Shown here: positions 14,756-24,242 of the stretch, piece after piece
Layout of the letters: every line of letters begins with the position of its first letter
Numbering within the stretch: the stretch's first letter is position 1
Program-made: the position numbers and the translations under genes
The notes under the pieces: generated by a model
What the model was told of the DNA's origin: nothing
Database searches by the model: none
What the model saw: the letters and a program-made list of their open reading frames with translations, nothing else
Source of the DNA: Candidatus Omnitrophota bacterium
GTDB lineage: Bacteria > Omnitrophota > Gorgyraeia > Pluralincolimonadales > Pluralincolimonadaceae
DNA: 25,627 nt
Reading direction: 5' to 3'
NCBI GenBank assembly: GCA_028706795.1
Contig: JAQTVK010000001.1
Coordinates: 1 to 25,627, forward strand

Positions 14756-15115
14756 ATGGCAAGGATATTACTGGTCGACGATGATGTGGAGTTCGGTATA
14801 GTCCTCTCCAAGATATTGAAGAGTGAGGGGTATGAGACGTCGGTCGCTCTTAATACCGCCGAGGGCCTCGATGCCCTCAAGAAGGAGAAGTTTGATATCA
14901 TCTTCGCTGACCTCTCCATGCCGGGCGAGAACGGGCTTGTCTTCCTGCAGAAATCGAAAAAGATGTTTCCCGGCATCCCGGTAGTCATGATAACGGCCTT
15001 CGGTGACTGGGATATATACGCCAAGGCGATAGAGACCGGCGTGAACAAATTCGTCAACAAGCCGGTAAAGAAGGAAGAGATAGTCCAGGTGATAAAGGAA
15101 GTTTTGGGTTCCTAG
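14756..15115 (+). CDS. Single-domain response regulator (receiver only)
   Basis: SD AAGGAGG; ILLVDDD, phospho-acceptor in IIFADLSMP, MITAFG, VNKPV; no output domain. Confidence 0.92.
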   Translation: MARILLVDDDVEFGIVLSKILKSEGYETSVALNTAEGLDALKKEKFDIIFADLSMPGENGLVFLQKSKKMFPGIPVVMITAFGDWDIYAKAIETGVNKFVNKPVKKEEIVQVIKEVLGS

Positions 15116-15154
15116 AAATTGCTATGCGATTTCCGGGAGCTGGGGAGATTTTGG

Positions 15155-15183
15155 TTGACAATTTTGCCCCTTCCTAATAAAAT
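15155..15183 (+). promoter_or_regulatory. Near-consensus sigma70 promoter of the acd-gcv operon
   Basis: TTGACA (15155-15160), 17-nt spacer, TAAAAT (15178-15183). This implies a start near 15190 and a leader of about 90 nt. Confidence 0.78.
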
Positions 15184-15280
15184 ACCCCTATCCCACCTTT
15201 TCGTTATACTCGGAAAGGCTTGTCCCGACCTTCGTCAAAGGGAGGGGCTTCTTTAACCTAAAAAATCTAAGGAATATGAA

Positions 15281-17401
15281 ATGAGCTCAGACGGTCTGGA
15301 CAGACTTTTCAACCCCCGTTCTATCGCCGTGATCGGCGCATCCCCTAAAAAAGGCAAGATCGGCCACGATGTACTATTCAATCTCAAGGAATACGGATAC
15401 AAAGGGAAAATATATCCCATAAATCCCAAGGATACCGAGGTCATGGGCGATAAGGCCTATCCGTCGGTTCTCGACGTAAAAGAAGATATCGACCTTGCGG
15501 TCTTCGCCATTCCCGCGGCAGGCGTTATAGAAGTCATGAAGGAATGCGGAAAGAAAGGCATCAAGGCCGCGATAGTCATAACCGCGGGTTTCAAGGAGAC
15601 CGGCCCGGAAGGGAAAAAGCTCGAACTGGAATTGGCGGCGGTGGCAAAAGAGTACGGCGTCCGCGTCTTAGGCCCCAACTGCCTCGGGTTTATCAGCTCC
15701 ACCGCCCACCTTAACGCTTCGTTTGCCGCAATCTCACCGCTTCCCGGCGATATAGCTTTCTTCTCCCAGTCAGGCGCCTTGTGCACTGCCATACTCGACT
15801 GGGCGGTAAAGGAGAAGATAGGTTTCTCGAAGTTCGTGAGTATCGGCAATAAAGCGGATATATCGGAGACGGACCTGTTAAAGGCGCTCGGAGAAGATCC
15901 CGACACCAAGGTCATCCTTGGCTATATCGAGGACGTGAAGGACGGCAAGGAATTTATGCGCGTCGCCAGGGAGGTCACGGCGAAGAAGCCGGTGATTATC
16001 TGCAAGGCCGGCGGTTCCAAGGCCGGGGCCAAAGCGGCGTCGAGCCATACCGGCAGCCTCGCCGGTTCGGAAGCGGCATTTGATGCGGCGTTCGCCCAGA
16101 CCGGGATAATACGCGCAGCCAAGATCGAGGACCTTTTCGACTACGCGGTCGCGTTTTCGTACCAGAAACTTCCGCTGGGCCCGAACCTCGCGATAATAAC
16201 GAATGCCGGCGGCCCGGGGATAATCGCGGTGGACGCGGTAGAACGTTCGAAATACGCGAAAGTCGCGCCTTTGAGCAAAGAGACGGTGGAATACCTCAGG
16301 GGGGCGCTTCCCAAGACAGCCGCTTTGAATAATCCCGTGGACGTCATAGGCGACGCCGACGACCAGAGGTACAAGATCGCGGTAAGCGCGCTTTTGAAAG
16401 ATACGAACGTAAACGGGCTGATAGTCATACTTACTCCCCAGAGCAACAGCAAGATAAAGGAGACCGCAGACGTCCTCGTGGCAGCCAAGGACAGCAAACC
16501 CATATTCTCGAGTTTTATCGGCGGCAAGATGGTGGAAAAAGGGACGAATATCCTGCAGGATAATAAAATACCGAATTTCCTCTTCCCGGAACGCGCCATC
16601 GCGTCATTCAATATAATGGTCAAATACAAGAGGATGCTCGACATCCCGAAAGAGGGCATAAAGGCGTTCAAGGTCGACAAGGACAAGGTAAAAAAGATCC
16701 TCGACGCGGCAGCCAAGTCCGGGCAGAAAGAGATCCCCGAATATACCGCGCGCGATATCATAGAAAGTTACGGTTTCAGGCTTCCGAAGAGCACTCTAGC
16801 CAAGAACGCGGCTGAAGCGCGCGCCGCGGCCGAGAAGACGGGTTTTCCGGTGGTGATGAAGATAGCCTCGCCTGACATACTGCATAAATCGGATGTGGGA
16901 GGCGTTAAGGTCGGGCTCAAGGACGCCAAGGAAGTCGAAGCGGCGTTTGACGAGATAATGAAAAAATCCAAAGCAGCGGTGCCGAACGCAAATATCCTGG
17001 GGGTCCTCGTCCAGGAGATGGTCTCCGGCGGCAAAGAGGTCATACTGGGAATGTCGAAAGACGCGCAATTCGGGCCGATGCTGATGTTCGGCCTCGGCGG
17101 CATCTACGTCGAGGTGCTCAAGGACGTATCTTTCAGGATAGCCCCGATACTCCCGCGCGAGGCTGCTGAAATGGTAGATTCGATAAAATCTGCCGCGCTC
17201 CTTAAGGGCGCCCGCGGCGAGAAACCCGCGGATATAGATTCGATAAAGGAAGGGTTGCTCAGGCTTTCGCAGCTGGTCACGGATTTTCCCATGATAAAAG
17301 AACTCGATATAAACCCGCTTAAGGTTTTTCCGGCTGAAGGCAAGGGCGGCAGTATGGCGATAGACGCCAGGATAAGCATAGAACTAGAAAAATCTAAATG
17401 A
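15281..17401 (+). CDS. ADP-forming acetate(acyl)-CoA ligase, fused alpha+beta subunits
   Basis: CoA-binding SIAVIGAS, VLGPNCLG, SQSGAL, SIGNKADI, phospho-His ASSHTGSLAG, TNAGGPG, NPVD; ATP-grasp part with ILHKSDVGGV, VQEMV, FGPMLMFGLGG, ELDINPL. No C-terminal GNAT domain, so not PatZ. Confidence 0.9.
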   Translation: MSSDGLDRLFNPRSIAVIGASPKKGKIGHDVLFNLKEYGYKGKIYPINPKDTEVMGDKAYPSVLDVKEDIDLAVFAIPAAGVIEVMKECGKKGIKAAIVITAGFKETGPEGKKLELELAAVAKEYGVRVLGPNCLGFISSTAHLNASFAAISPLPGDIAFFSQSGALCTAILDWAVKEKIGFSKFVSIGNKADISETDLLKALGEDPDTKVILGYIEDVKDGKEFMRVAREVTAKKPVIICKAGGSKAGAKAASSHTGSLAGSEAAFDAAFAQTGIIRAAKIEDLFDYAVAFSYQKLPLGPNLAIITNAGGPGIIAVDAVERSKYAKVAPLSKETVEYLRGALPKTAALNNPVDVIGDADDQRYKIAVSALLKDTNVNGLIVILTPQSNSKIKETADVLVAAKDSKPIFSSFIGGKMVEKGTNILQDNKIPNFLFPERAIASFNIMVKYKRMLDIPKEGIKAFKVDKDKVKKILDAAAKSGQKEIPEYTARDIIESYGFRLPKSTLAKNAAEARAAAEKTGFPVVMKIASPDILHKSDVGGVKVGLKDAKEVEAAFDEIMKKSKAAVPNANILGVLVQEMVSGGKEVILGMSKDAQFGPMLMFGLGGIYVEVLKDVSFRIAPILPREAAEMVDSIKSAALLKGARGEKPADIDSIKEGLLRLSQLVTDFPMIKELDINPLKVFPAEGKGGSMAIDARISIELEKSK

Positions 17402-18495
17402 TATCGACTGAAGAGAGGAAGACCCCCCTCTACGAGGCCCATAAAAGCCTCAACGCAAAGATAGTCAATTTCCACGGCTGGCTTTTGCCTATCCAGTACA
17501 CGAGCATTATCGAGGAGCATGACGCAACCCGCACCAAAGCGGGACTTTTCGATATCTCCCACCTCGGAAAACTCGAGGTCTCCGGAAGATCCGCTAAACA
17601 ATTCCTGCAAAAGATCTTCACTAATAATATAGAAAAGGCCGCCTCAGGGGGCATAGTCTATTCCCCGTTATGCAACGAGAACGGCGGGACGTTAGATGAC
17701 GCCTTCATATATAACGCGGGCAAGGACAGGTATATCCTTATCGTGAACGCCTCGACCTTCGAAAAAGACCTCGCGTGGATACGGTCCCATAACACTGAAC
17801 AGGCCGACATAAAAGATATAAACGATTCGCTGGGAGGGATAGCCATCCAAGGGCCGGCCTCGCAGCAGATATTGTCCCATTTTTGTAAAGCCTACATCGA
17901 CGAGCTCAAACACCGCCATTTTGTCGAGACCGAAGTCGACGGTTCTTACGCGCTCCTTTCGAGGAGCGGATACACCGGCGAGGACGGGTTCGAGATGTTC
18001 ATACCGGCAGGCAAGTGCATAAAGGTCTGGAACGATATCCTGGCCTCCGGGAAAGGATACGGCCTGGTCCCGGCGGGACTTGGCGCAAGGGATACCTTAA
18101 GGCTCGAGGCGGGATGCCCGCTTTACGGCGTCGATACCGACGAATCCAAGACGCCGCTGGAGTCCGGGCTGGAGAGGACGCTTGACCTCAGCAAGGATTT
18201 CATCGGCAAAAAGGCGATACTCGAGAGGAAAGCGAAAGGAATAAAAGAGACGCTGACGGGATTCAAGATGATGGATAAAGCGATCCCGCGCACCGGATAT
18301 ATCGTAGAAAGGGACGGAAAGAATATCGGTATCGTGACGAGCGGGACTTATTCGCCTACCCTGAAAGAAAACATAGGCTTCGCTTACGTAGCGCCGGAAA
18401 ATTCGAAAATAGGCGGGACGTTCGATGTGATAATCCACGGTGAAAAGAAGAAGGCCGTAGTTGTGGATACGCCATTCTATAGGAGGAAAAAATAA
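17398..18495 (+). CDS. gcvT: Glycine cleavage system T protein (aminomethyltransferase)
   Basis: RKTPLY, AGLFDISHLG, IVNAST, AIQGP, SRSGYTGEDGFE, GLGARDTLRLEAG, VTSGTYSPTL, PFY. Confidence 0.96.
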   Translation: MISTEERKTPLYEAHKSLNAKIVNFHGWLLPIQYTSIIEEHDATRTKAGLFDISHLGKLEVSGRSAKQFLQKIFTNNIEKAASGGIVYSPLCNENGGTLDDAFIYNAGKDRYILIVNASTFEKDLAWIRSHNTEQADIKDINDSLGGIAIQGPASQQILSHFCKAYIDELKHRHFVETEVDGSYALLSRSGYTGEDGFEMFIPAGKCIKVWNDILASGKGYGLVPAGLGARDTLRLEAGCPLYGVDTDESKTPLESGLERTLDLSKDFIGKKAILERKAKGIKETLTGFKMMDKAIPRTGYIVERDGKNIGIVTSGTYSPTLKENIGFAYVAPENSKIGGTFDVIIHGEKKKAVVVDTPFYRRKK

Positions 18496-18884
18496 TGGTC
18501 GATCTGGATAAGCTGCGTTTTACGAAGACGCACGAATGGTTGAGGGTCGAAGGCAACACCGGTTACGTAGGCATAACAGACCACGCCCAGAAAGAGATAA
18601 CCGATGTCGTCTTCGTCGAACTTCCCAAGATAGGTAAAGAGGTAGCGAAGGCAGGCGAGGCCGCGGTAGTCGAATCGGTAAAGGCCGCCTTCTCGATATA
18701 CGCCCCAGTGTCCGGGAAGGTCGTAAAAGCCAACGATGCGGTCGAAAAGGACCCTTCCCTGGTCAACAAGTCGCCTTACGAAGAGGGCTGGTTCTTTGCA
18801 ATAGAGATAAAGGATAAGTCCGAAATTGATTCCCTGATGACACAGAAGGATTACCTCGAATTCATAAAGACCGGAGCGCATTGA
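18495..18884 (+). CDS. gcvH: Glycine cleavage system H protein
   Basis: FTKTHEW, VGITDHAQ, VVFVELP, lipoyl-Lys in VESVKAA, APVSG, NKSPYEEGW. Confidence 0.97.
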   Translation: MVDLDKLRFTKTHEWLRVEGNTGYVGITDHAQKEITDVVFVELPKIGKEVAKAGEAAVVESVKAAFSIYAPVSGKVVKANDAVEKDPSLVNKSPYEEGWFFAIEIKDKSEIDSLMTQKDYLEFIKTGAH

Positions 18885-18885
18885 T

Positions 18886-20220
18886 TTGAAGTATTCCCCG
18901 CATACGGAAAAAGACAAGAAAGAGATGCTCGCCGCCATAGGAGCGGCATCGCCGGAAGAGCTTTTCGGTGCCATCCCCAAGGAATTCCGTTTGCAAAAAC
19001 TTGACCTGCCCGAAGGGATCTCCGAGCTTGAGCTGAAAAAACTTATATTTGAAAAAACAGGAAAGAACTATTCTACCCAGAAGCTCGATTCATTCCTTGG
19101 CGGCGGCGCATACGAGCATTATATCCCGCAGGCCGTCGAATCGATAATATCGAGGGGAGAATTCCTTACCGCATACACGCCGCACCAGGCCGAGGCGAGC
19201 CAGGGTACGCTCCAGGCGATATACGAATACCAGAGCCTCATCTGTGAATTGACCGGCATGGACGTTGCCAATGCCTCGATGTACGACGGCGCGTCAGCCT
19301 TGGCCGAGGCGGTAATACTTGCCGTAAGGGAGACAGGAAGGAACCGCGTGATATTCTCGAGTTCCCTGCATCCCGAGTACAGGCAGGTAATGAAGACCTA
19401 TTTCGAAGGATATAGGATAGAATTCGTCGAGATACCGCATGCCGGCGGGCTCTTCGATGAAGCCGCGTTGAAGAGGGAGGCTAACGATTCCACCGCCTGC
19501 GTCATCGTCCAGAACCCGAATTTCTTCGGCAGCATCGAGAAGGCCGACAAGATCGAAGCCATCTGCCATTCCTGCGGCGCGCTCCTTATCGCCTGCGTCA
19601 ATCCCGTATCGCTCGGCATATTAAAAGCCCCGGGCGAATATAACGCGGATATCGCGGTCGGCGAAGGCCAGCCTCTCGGCATACCGATGAGTTTCGGCGG
19701 GCCGTACCTCGGTTTCTTTGCGGTAAAGGAGAAACACATGCGCAAGATGCCGGGAAGGCTAGCCGGCATGACGAAGGATGTCGAGGGAAAGCGCGGTTTC
19801 GTCCTGACGATGCAGGCGCGCGAACAGCATATCCGCAGGGAGAAGGCGACGTCCAATATCTGCAGCAACGAAGGGCTCATGGCCCTGGCCGCGTGCATCC
19901 ATCTTTCGTTGTTGGGAAAAGAAGGGATAAGGGAAGTAGCGCGGCAGAACGTTTTAAAGAGCCATTATCTTAAAGATAGTATACTTAAATTGAGCGGGTT
20001 CGAGCTGATGTTCGAGGCGCCGTTCTTCAACGAATTCGTGGTAAGGTGCGGGAAAGAGACGGATAAGATAACCGGCGACCTGCTCAAGCACGGCATGATA
20101 GGCGGCCTGCCGCTCGGCAGGTTCCGCGCCGATATGAAGAATTGCATGCTGATCTGCGTCACCGAGACGAAGTCGAAGGATGACCTCGACAGGTTCGCGG
20201 AACTCCTTGGGAAACACTAA
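18886..20220 (+). CDS. gcvPA: Glycine dehydrogenase (decarboxylating) subunit 1; TTG start
   Basis: [66 protein letters not shown]. Confidence 0.95.
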   Translation: MKYSPHTEKDKKEMLAAIGAASPEELFGAIPKEFRLQKLDLPEGISELELKKLIFEKTGKNYSTQKLDSFLGGGAYEHYIPQAVESIISRGEFLTAYTPHQAEASQGTLQAIYEYQSLICELTGMDVANASMYDGASALAEAVILAVRETGRNRVIFSSSLHPEYRQVMKTYFEGYRIEFVEIPHAGGLFDEAALKREANDSTACVIVQNPNFFGSIEKADKIEAICHSCGALLIACVNPVSLGILKAPGEYNADIAVGEGQPLGIPMSFGGPYLGFFAVKEKHMRKMPGRLAGMTKDVEGKRGFVLTMQAREQHIRREKATSNICSNEGLMALAACIHLSLLGKEGIREVARQNVLKSHYLKDSILKLSGFELMFEAPFFNEFVVRCGKETDKITGDLLKHGMIGGLPLGRFRADMKNCMLICVTETKSKDDLDRFAELLGKH

Positions 20221-21674
20221 TGGAAAAACTCATCTTCGAGATAAGCAGCCCCGGCAGGAAGGGTTATTCGCTCCCTAATCTCGATGTCCCGGATGCTGAT
20301 ATAAAGTCGTTCATCCCGCAGGAATACCTGCGCAAGGACGAGCCGGACCTTCCCGAGGTCAGCGAGCTCGACTGCGTGCGGCATTTTACGCGCCTCTCCC
20401 AGTTAAATTATTCCATCGACACCAATTTCTATCCTCTCGGATCATGCACTATGAAGTATAACCCGAAGATAAACGAGAAGATGGCCGGCCTTCCGCAATT
20501 TACCGGGCTCCATCCTTACCAGCCGGATACGAGCGTGCAGGGGATGCTGGAAGTGCTTTATGAGACGGAGCAGGCCCTCTGCAAGATCTGCGGGATGGAC
20601 GCTTTTACGCTGCAGCCCGCGGCCGGGGCGCACGGCGAACTTACCGGGATGCTTATCGTGCGCGCGTACCATACGTCAAAAGGCAACCCGCGGAAAAAAG
20701 TTGTAATACCTGATTCCGCGCACGGCACCAATCCGGCCAGCGCCGCTCTCTGCGGATACGAAGTCGTCACCGTAAGATCGGATAAGGCCGGCCGCATCGA
20801 CCTTGAAGCGCTGAAGAGCGTAATGAGCGATGAAGTCGCGGTGCTGATGCTTACCAATCCCAATACGTTAGGGCTATTCGAGAAGAACGTAAAAGAGATA
20901 GCCGATATCGTGCATAAGGCCGGCGCGCTCCTTTACCTGGACGGCGCCAACTTAAACGCGCTCCTCGGAGTGGCCAGGCCCGGGGATATGGGATTCGACG
21001 TATGCCACGTTAACCTCCACAAGACTTTTTCGACGCCGCACGGCGGCGGCGGGCCGGGCTCAGGCCCGGTCGGGGTAAAGGCGATCCTTGCTGATTTCCT
21101 TCCCATCCCAAGGATAAAACAAAAGAGGAGCAAGTTTTTATTCGATTACGACGCTAAAAGATCGATAGGCAGGGTCCGTGCCTTTTACGGGAACACGGGC
21201 GTGATAATAAGGGCGTATTGTTATATGAAATTGCTCGGAAGCGACGGCCTGAAAGACGCCACGTTCGAGGCGGTCCTTAACGCGAATTACCTGAAAACGA
21301 AACTCAAGAACGACTATCGGCTCGCCGTAGCTGACGAGCCGTGCATGCACGAATTCGTCCTTACCGGCAAGGACAAGAAGGAGCTCGGCGTAAAGACGCT
21401 GGATATCGCGAAACGCCTCCTGGATTACGGGTTCTACGCGCCCACTGTATATTTCCCGCTTATCGTCGAGGAGGCGATAATGATAGAACCGACCGAGACC
21501 GAATCGAAAGAAACGCTTGACGCCTTCGCCGAAACGATGATAAAGATAGCCGCGGAAGCGAAGTCTAACGCCTCGCTCTTGACCGGGGCGCCGCACATAA
21601 CCCCCGTACGCAGGCTCGATGAAGTCCTCGCCGCAAGGGAGCTTAATTTAAGATGGAAAAGACCTGGCGCCTGA
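20220..21674 (+). CDS. gcvPB: Glycine dehydrogenase (decarboxylating) subunit 2
   Basis: [41 protein letters not shown]-Lys in [23 protein letters not shown]. Confidence 0.96.
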   Translation: MEKLIFEISSPGRKGYSLPNLDVPDADIKSFIPQEYLRKDEPDLPEVSELDCVRHFTRLSQLNYSIDTNFYPLGSCTMKYNPKINEKMAGLPQFTGLHPYQPDTSVQGMLEVLYETEQALCKICGMDAFTLQPAAGAHGELTGMLIVRAYHTSKGNPRKKVVIPDSAHGTNPASAALCGYEVVTVRSDKAGRIDLEALKSVMSDEVAVLMLTNPNTLGLFEKNVKEIADIVHKAGALLYLDGANLNALLGVARPGDMGFDVCHVNLHKTFSTPHGGGGPGSGPVGVKAILADFLPIPRIKQKRSKFLFDYDAKRSIGRVRAFYGNTGVIIRAYCYMKLLGSDGLKDATFEAVLNANYLKTKLKNDYRLAVADEPCMHEFVLTGKDKKELGVKTLDIAKRLLDYGFYAPTVYFPLIVEEAIMIEPTETESKETLDAFAETMIKIAAEAKSNASLLTGAPHITPVRRLDEVLAARELNLRWKRPGA

Positions 21675-22348
21675 TAATTGACGCTGCCCGCGAGCCGGCG
21701 GCCAACATGGCCCTCGACGAGGCAATAATGCAGCGCATGGCGGAAGAGCCGTCTGGCCCCACCCTGAGAATATACCGTTGGACATACCCATGCGTCTCTA
21801 TCGGCAAATTCCAGCGGCTTGACGATATCCCGTTTTTGAAGAGTAGCGTCCCGATCGTCCGAAGGCCGACGGGCGGCGGTTCGGTATACCATGACGAGCT
21901 CGGGATCACGTATTCCCTGGTCTTCGGCGAGCGCTCAGGCGTAATGCCCGAAGGCACCGCCGCCTCATACCGGCATATTCACGAAGGCATTGCCGCCGCG
22001 GTAAGGGAATTGGGCCTTGAAGCCGGACTTTATGCCCCGGTTTCGGATACGGCCAAGGCGTTCGGTTCGTGTTTTGCCCTGCCCGTCAAGTCGGATGTCG
22101 TCTCGCACGGGAGCAAGATAGCCGGCGCGGCCCAGAGGCGCAGGTTCGGGATAGTATTGCACCAGGGAGAGGTCAGTTTGCCACTTGACGTTTGGCGTAA
22201 ATGGTCGTATAATAATGCCTTAAAGATATTCATAAACTGCCTCTCTAAACAATTACAGGCTGAATTCCTCGAAGGACGGATCACCGATAAAGAAGAGCGT
22301 TTAGCCGAAGCATTGCTTATGGAGCGTATGGAGGAGGTGACCAGATGA
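21653..22348 (+). CDS. lipM: LipM-type octanoyltransferase (BPL/LplA/LipB family, single catalytic domain)
   Basis: [27 protein letters not shown], and SCF...KIAGAAQ with Cys and Lys 15 residues apart, as in B. subtilis LipM C150/K165. No LplA C-terminal domain. Confidence 0.72.
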   Translation: MEKTWRLIIDAAREPAANMALDEAIMQRMAEEPSGPTLRIYRWTYPCVSIGKFQRLDDIPFLKSSVPIVRRPTGGGSVYHDELGITYSLVFGERSGVMPEGTAASYRHIHEGIAAAVRELGLEAGLYAPVSDTAKAFGSCFALPVKSDVVSHGSKIAGAAQRRRFGIVLHQGEVSLPLDVWRKWSYNNALKIFINCLSKQLQAEFLEGRITDKEERLAEALLMERMEEVTR

Positions 22349-22533
22349 AAGCGAAGGTAGATCCGAATCTCTGCACAGGATGCGAGCTCTGCACTAATAT
22401 ATGCCCGGAAGTTTTCGAGATGAAAGGTGATATCGCTTCCGTGAAAGTCAACCCGGTCCCAGCGGCTGCCGGGGAGACATGCAAGGAAGCTAAGGATAGC
22501 TGTCCCGTTGAAGCCATCTCTATAGAGGAATAA
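22345..22533 (+). CDS. Monocluster [4Fe-4S] ferredoxin
   Basis: C10-x2-C13-x2-C16-x3-C20P plus distal C53P, with an extra C46 (the C20-C46 disulfide pattern of Thermotoga/Desulfovibrio-type ferredoxins). ATGA overlap with the upstream gene. Confidence 0.94.
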   Translation: MKAKVDPNLCTGCELCTNICPEVFEMKGDIASVKVNPVPAAAGETCKEAKDSCPVEAISIEE

Positions 22534-22549
22534 AAAAAGGGGGAAATAA

Positions 22550-22915
22550 ATGAAGAAGTTGGCATTGTTGGTTTTAGCAGTAATGATCGTAACGTGCATG
22601 GTAGCCGGTTCAGCCTGCGCCGCGGAACAGGAGAATGGTTTTGTGAAATTCTGGCGCGGTGTATTCCACTGGCCGTTCAACGCCGCTAAAGATTCCGCCC
22701 AGGTAGTCGGCGATACGGGCATGAAGGCCGTTGGGACCGTGGCGGACGAAGGGAAAGCTGTAGGCGGGACGCTTACCGGCGAAGAAGGAGCCGCAGAAAA
22801 AGTAGTTACAAATCCGGTAACCGGGACAGCCGACACCGTTAAGACCGGAGTCGTAGGTACCGCGGAGATGCCCGGAAAATCCGTTGAGGAATCCTGGCCA
22901 GCCGAAAAGAAATAA
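22550..22915 (+). CDS. Secreted hypothetical protein (121 aa, Gly/Thr/Val/Ala-rich)
   Basis: Purine-rich SD, signal peptide MKKLALLVLAVMIVTCMVAGSACA/A; fits the operon spacing and is followed by a hairpin. No family recognised. Confidence 0.72.
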   Translation: MKKLALLVLAVMIVTCMVAGSACAAEQENGFVKFWRGVFHWPFNAAKDSAQVVGDTGMKAVGTVADEGKAVGGTLTGEEGAAEKVVTNPVTGTADTVKTGVVGTAEMPGKSVEESWPAEKK

Positions 22916-22938
22916 AAGCATTTTCTTGAATCTCAAAT

Positions 22939-22970
22939 AAAGCCCGGGACCTTTGAAGCTCCCGGGCTTT
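22939..22970 (+). terminator. Hairpin / probable intrinsic terminator closing the acd-gcv operon
   Basis: Perfect 11-bp inverted repeat AAAGCCCGGGA (22939-22949) / TCCCGGGCTTT (22960-22970). The T-tract is short, so efficiency is uncertain. Confidence 0.65.
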
Positions 22971-22988
22971 ATACCTAATAAGACAAAT

Positions 22989-24242
22989 ATGGGCAAAACA
23001 ATTTCGGAAAAGATATTGTCCGAGCATTCCGGGAAGGACGTAAAGGCGGACGATTTTGTCATCGCCAAGGTGGACCTATGCCTGCTGCAGGACGGCACCG
23101 GGCCGCTCGCGGTAAAGCAACTCGAGCACCTTGGGATAAAACGCGTCGTCAACCCGCAGGGTATAGCCGTATTCCTCGACCACGCGGCGCCCTCACCCAG
23201 GAAAGAGCTCTCGAACGACCACATAACGTTAAGGAATTTCGCGAGGAAGACGGGCTGTTATTTATTCGAGATCGGCGAGGGGGTGTGCCACCAGATAATG
23301 AGCGAACTCTTCACCTCTCCCGGCAATGTCCTTGTCGGCGCCGATTCGCATACCTGCACGGGCGGGGCATTGGGCGCTTTCGCGACAGGGATGGGCTCTA
23401 CCGATGTGGCTGTTGCCATGGGCCTTGGCAAGACGTGGTTCCGCGTCCCGCAGACGATAAAGATAGCGGTCAGCGGCAAATTCGAGCCCGGCGTATACGC
23501 AAAAGATTTCATGTTATACCTTATCGGCACGCTCGGCGCCGAGGGAGCCACTTATAAGGCGCTGGAGTTTACCGGTGCGGCGATGGTGTCGCTTCCTATG
23601 TCGGAGCGGCTGGTGATATCGAATATGGCGGTCGAGGCCGGGGCCAAGGCCGGCATATTCGCCTCAGACAAGGTAACCAAGGCATATCTTAAGCAGCACG
23701 GCAGGGAAGAGAAGTACCGCGAGATGAAATCGGACAAGGACGCGAAATTCGAGAAAGTGATAAATATCGAAGTCGATAAACTGGCGCCTATGGTCTCGCT
23801 GCCGCACACGGTCGACAACGCGAAACCCGTGGATAAGATAGGGAAGGTAAAGATCCACCAGGTCTTCATCGGCTCGTGCACGAACGGCAGGATAGAAGAC
23901 CTTAAATTGGTCGCGGGGATATGGAAAGGCCGTAAACGCGACCCGGACACGCGCGTCATCGTGACACCGGCATCGAAGGACGTATATCTTATGGCGGCCA
24001 GGGAAGGCCTGCTTGAGACATTCATCGAGTTCGGGGCGACGGTGACCACCCCGGGCTGCGGCGCGTGCGTCGGGGTGCACGGCGGCATACTGGGAGACGG
24101 GGAGAATTGCATTTCCACGTCGAACAGGAATTTCCTCGGCAGGATGGGCAACCCCAAGAGTTTCATATATCTCGCTTCGCCGGCGACTGCAGCTGCCTCG
24201 GCCATCAGAGGCGAGATAACAGATCCCAGGGAGTACCTATAA
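22989..24242 (+). CDS. Aconitase-family hydro-lyase large subunit (3-isopropylmalate dehydratase / homoaconitase, LeuC2/HacA type)
   Basis: The probable start is the ATG at 22989 (MGKTISEKIL) rather than TTG 22953. Motifs DGTGP, FLDH, GVCHQ, GADSHTCT, IGSCTNGR, PGCGACVG, STSNRNFLGRMG. Confidence 0.9.
   Translation: MGKTISEKILSEHSGKDVKADDFVIAKVDLCLLQDGTGPLAVKQLEHLGIKRVVNPQGIAVFLDHAAPSPRKELSNDHITLRNFARKTGCYLFEIGEGVCHQIMSELFTSPGNVLVGADSHTCTGGALGAFATGMGSTDVAVAMGLGKTWFRVPQTIKIAVSGKFEPGVYAKDFMLYLIGTLGAEGATYKALEFTGAAMVSLPMSERLVISNMAVEAGAKAGIFASDKVTKAYLKQHGREEKYREMKSDKDAKFEKVINIEVDKLAPMVSLPHTVDNAKPVDKIGKVKIHQVFIGSCTNGRIEDLKLVAGIWKGRKRDPDTRVIVTPASKDVYLMAAREGLLETFIEFGATVTTPGCGACVGVHGGILGDGENCISTSNRNFLGRMGNPKSFIYLASPATAAASAIRGEITDPREYL

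Noticed and set aside
15116-15280. Canonical glycine riboswitch upstream of the gcv-containing operon
   Set aside because: The leader is too short for the tandem aptamer and lacks its conserved motifs; it is reported instead as an unassigned structured leader.
15276-15284. Mini-ORF ATG-AAA-TGA overlapping the acd start codon
   Set aside because: The SD (AAGGA 15269-15273) is only 2 nt from this ATG but well spaced for 15281, so it is probably chance in an AT-rich initiation region.
15281-17401. Protein lysine acetyltransferase PatZ/Pka
   Set aside because: There is no GNAT domain and both catalytic histidines are retained, which fits an ADP-forming ligase.
24065-24241. N-terminal extension of the small-subunit ORF in the track
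   Set aside because: It overlaps the large subunit. The family N-terminus begins at the ATG at 24242.
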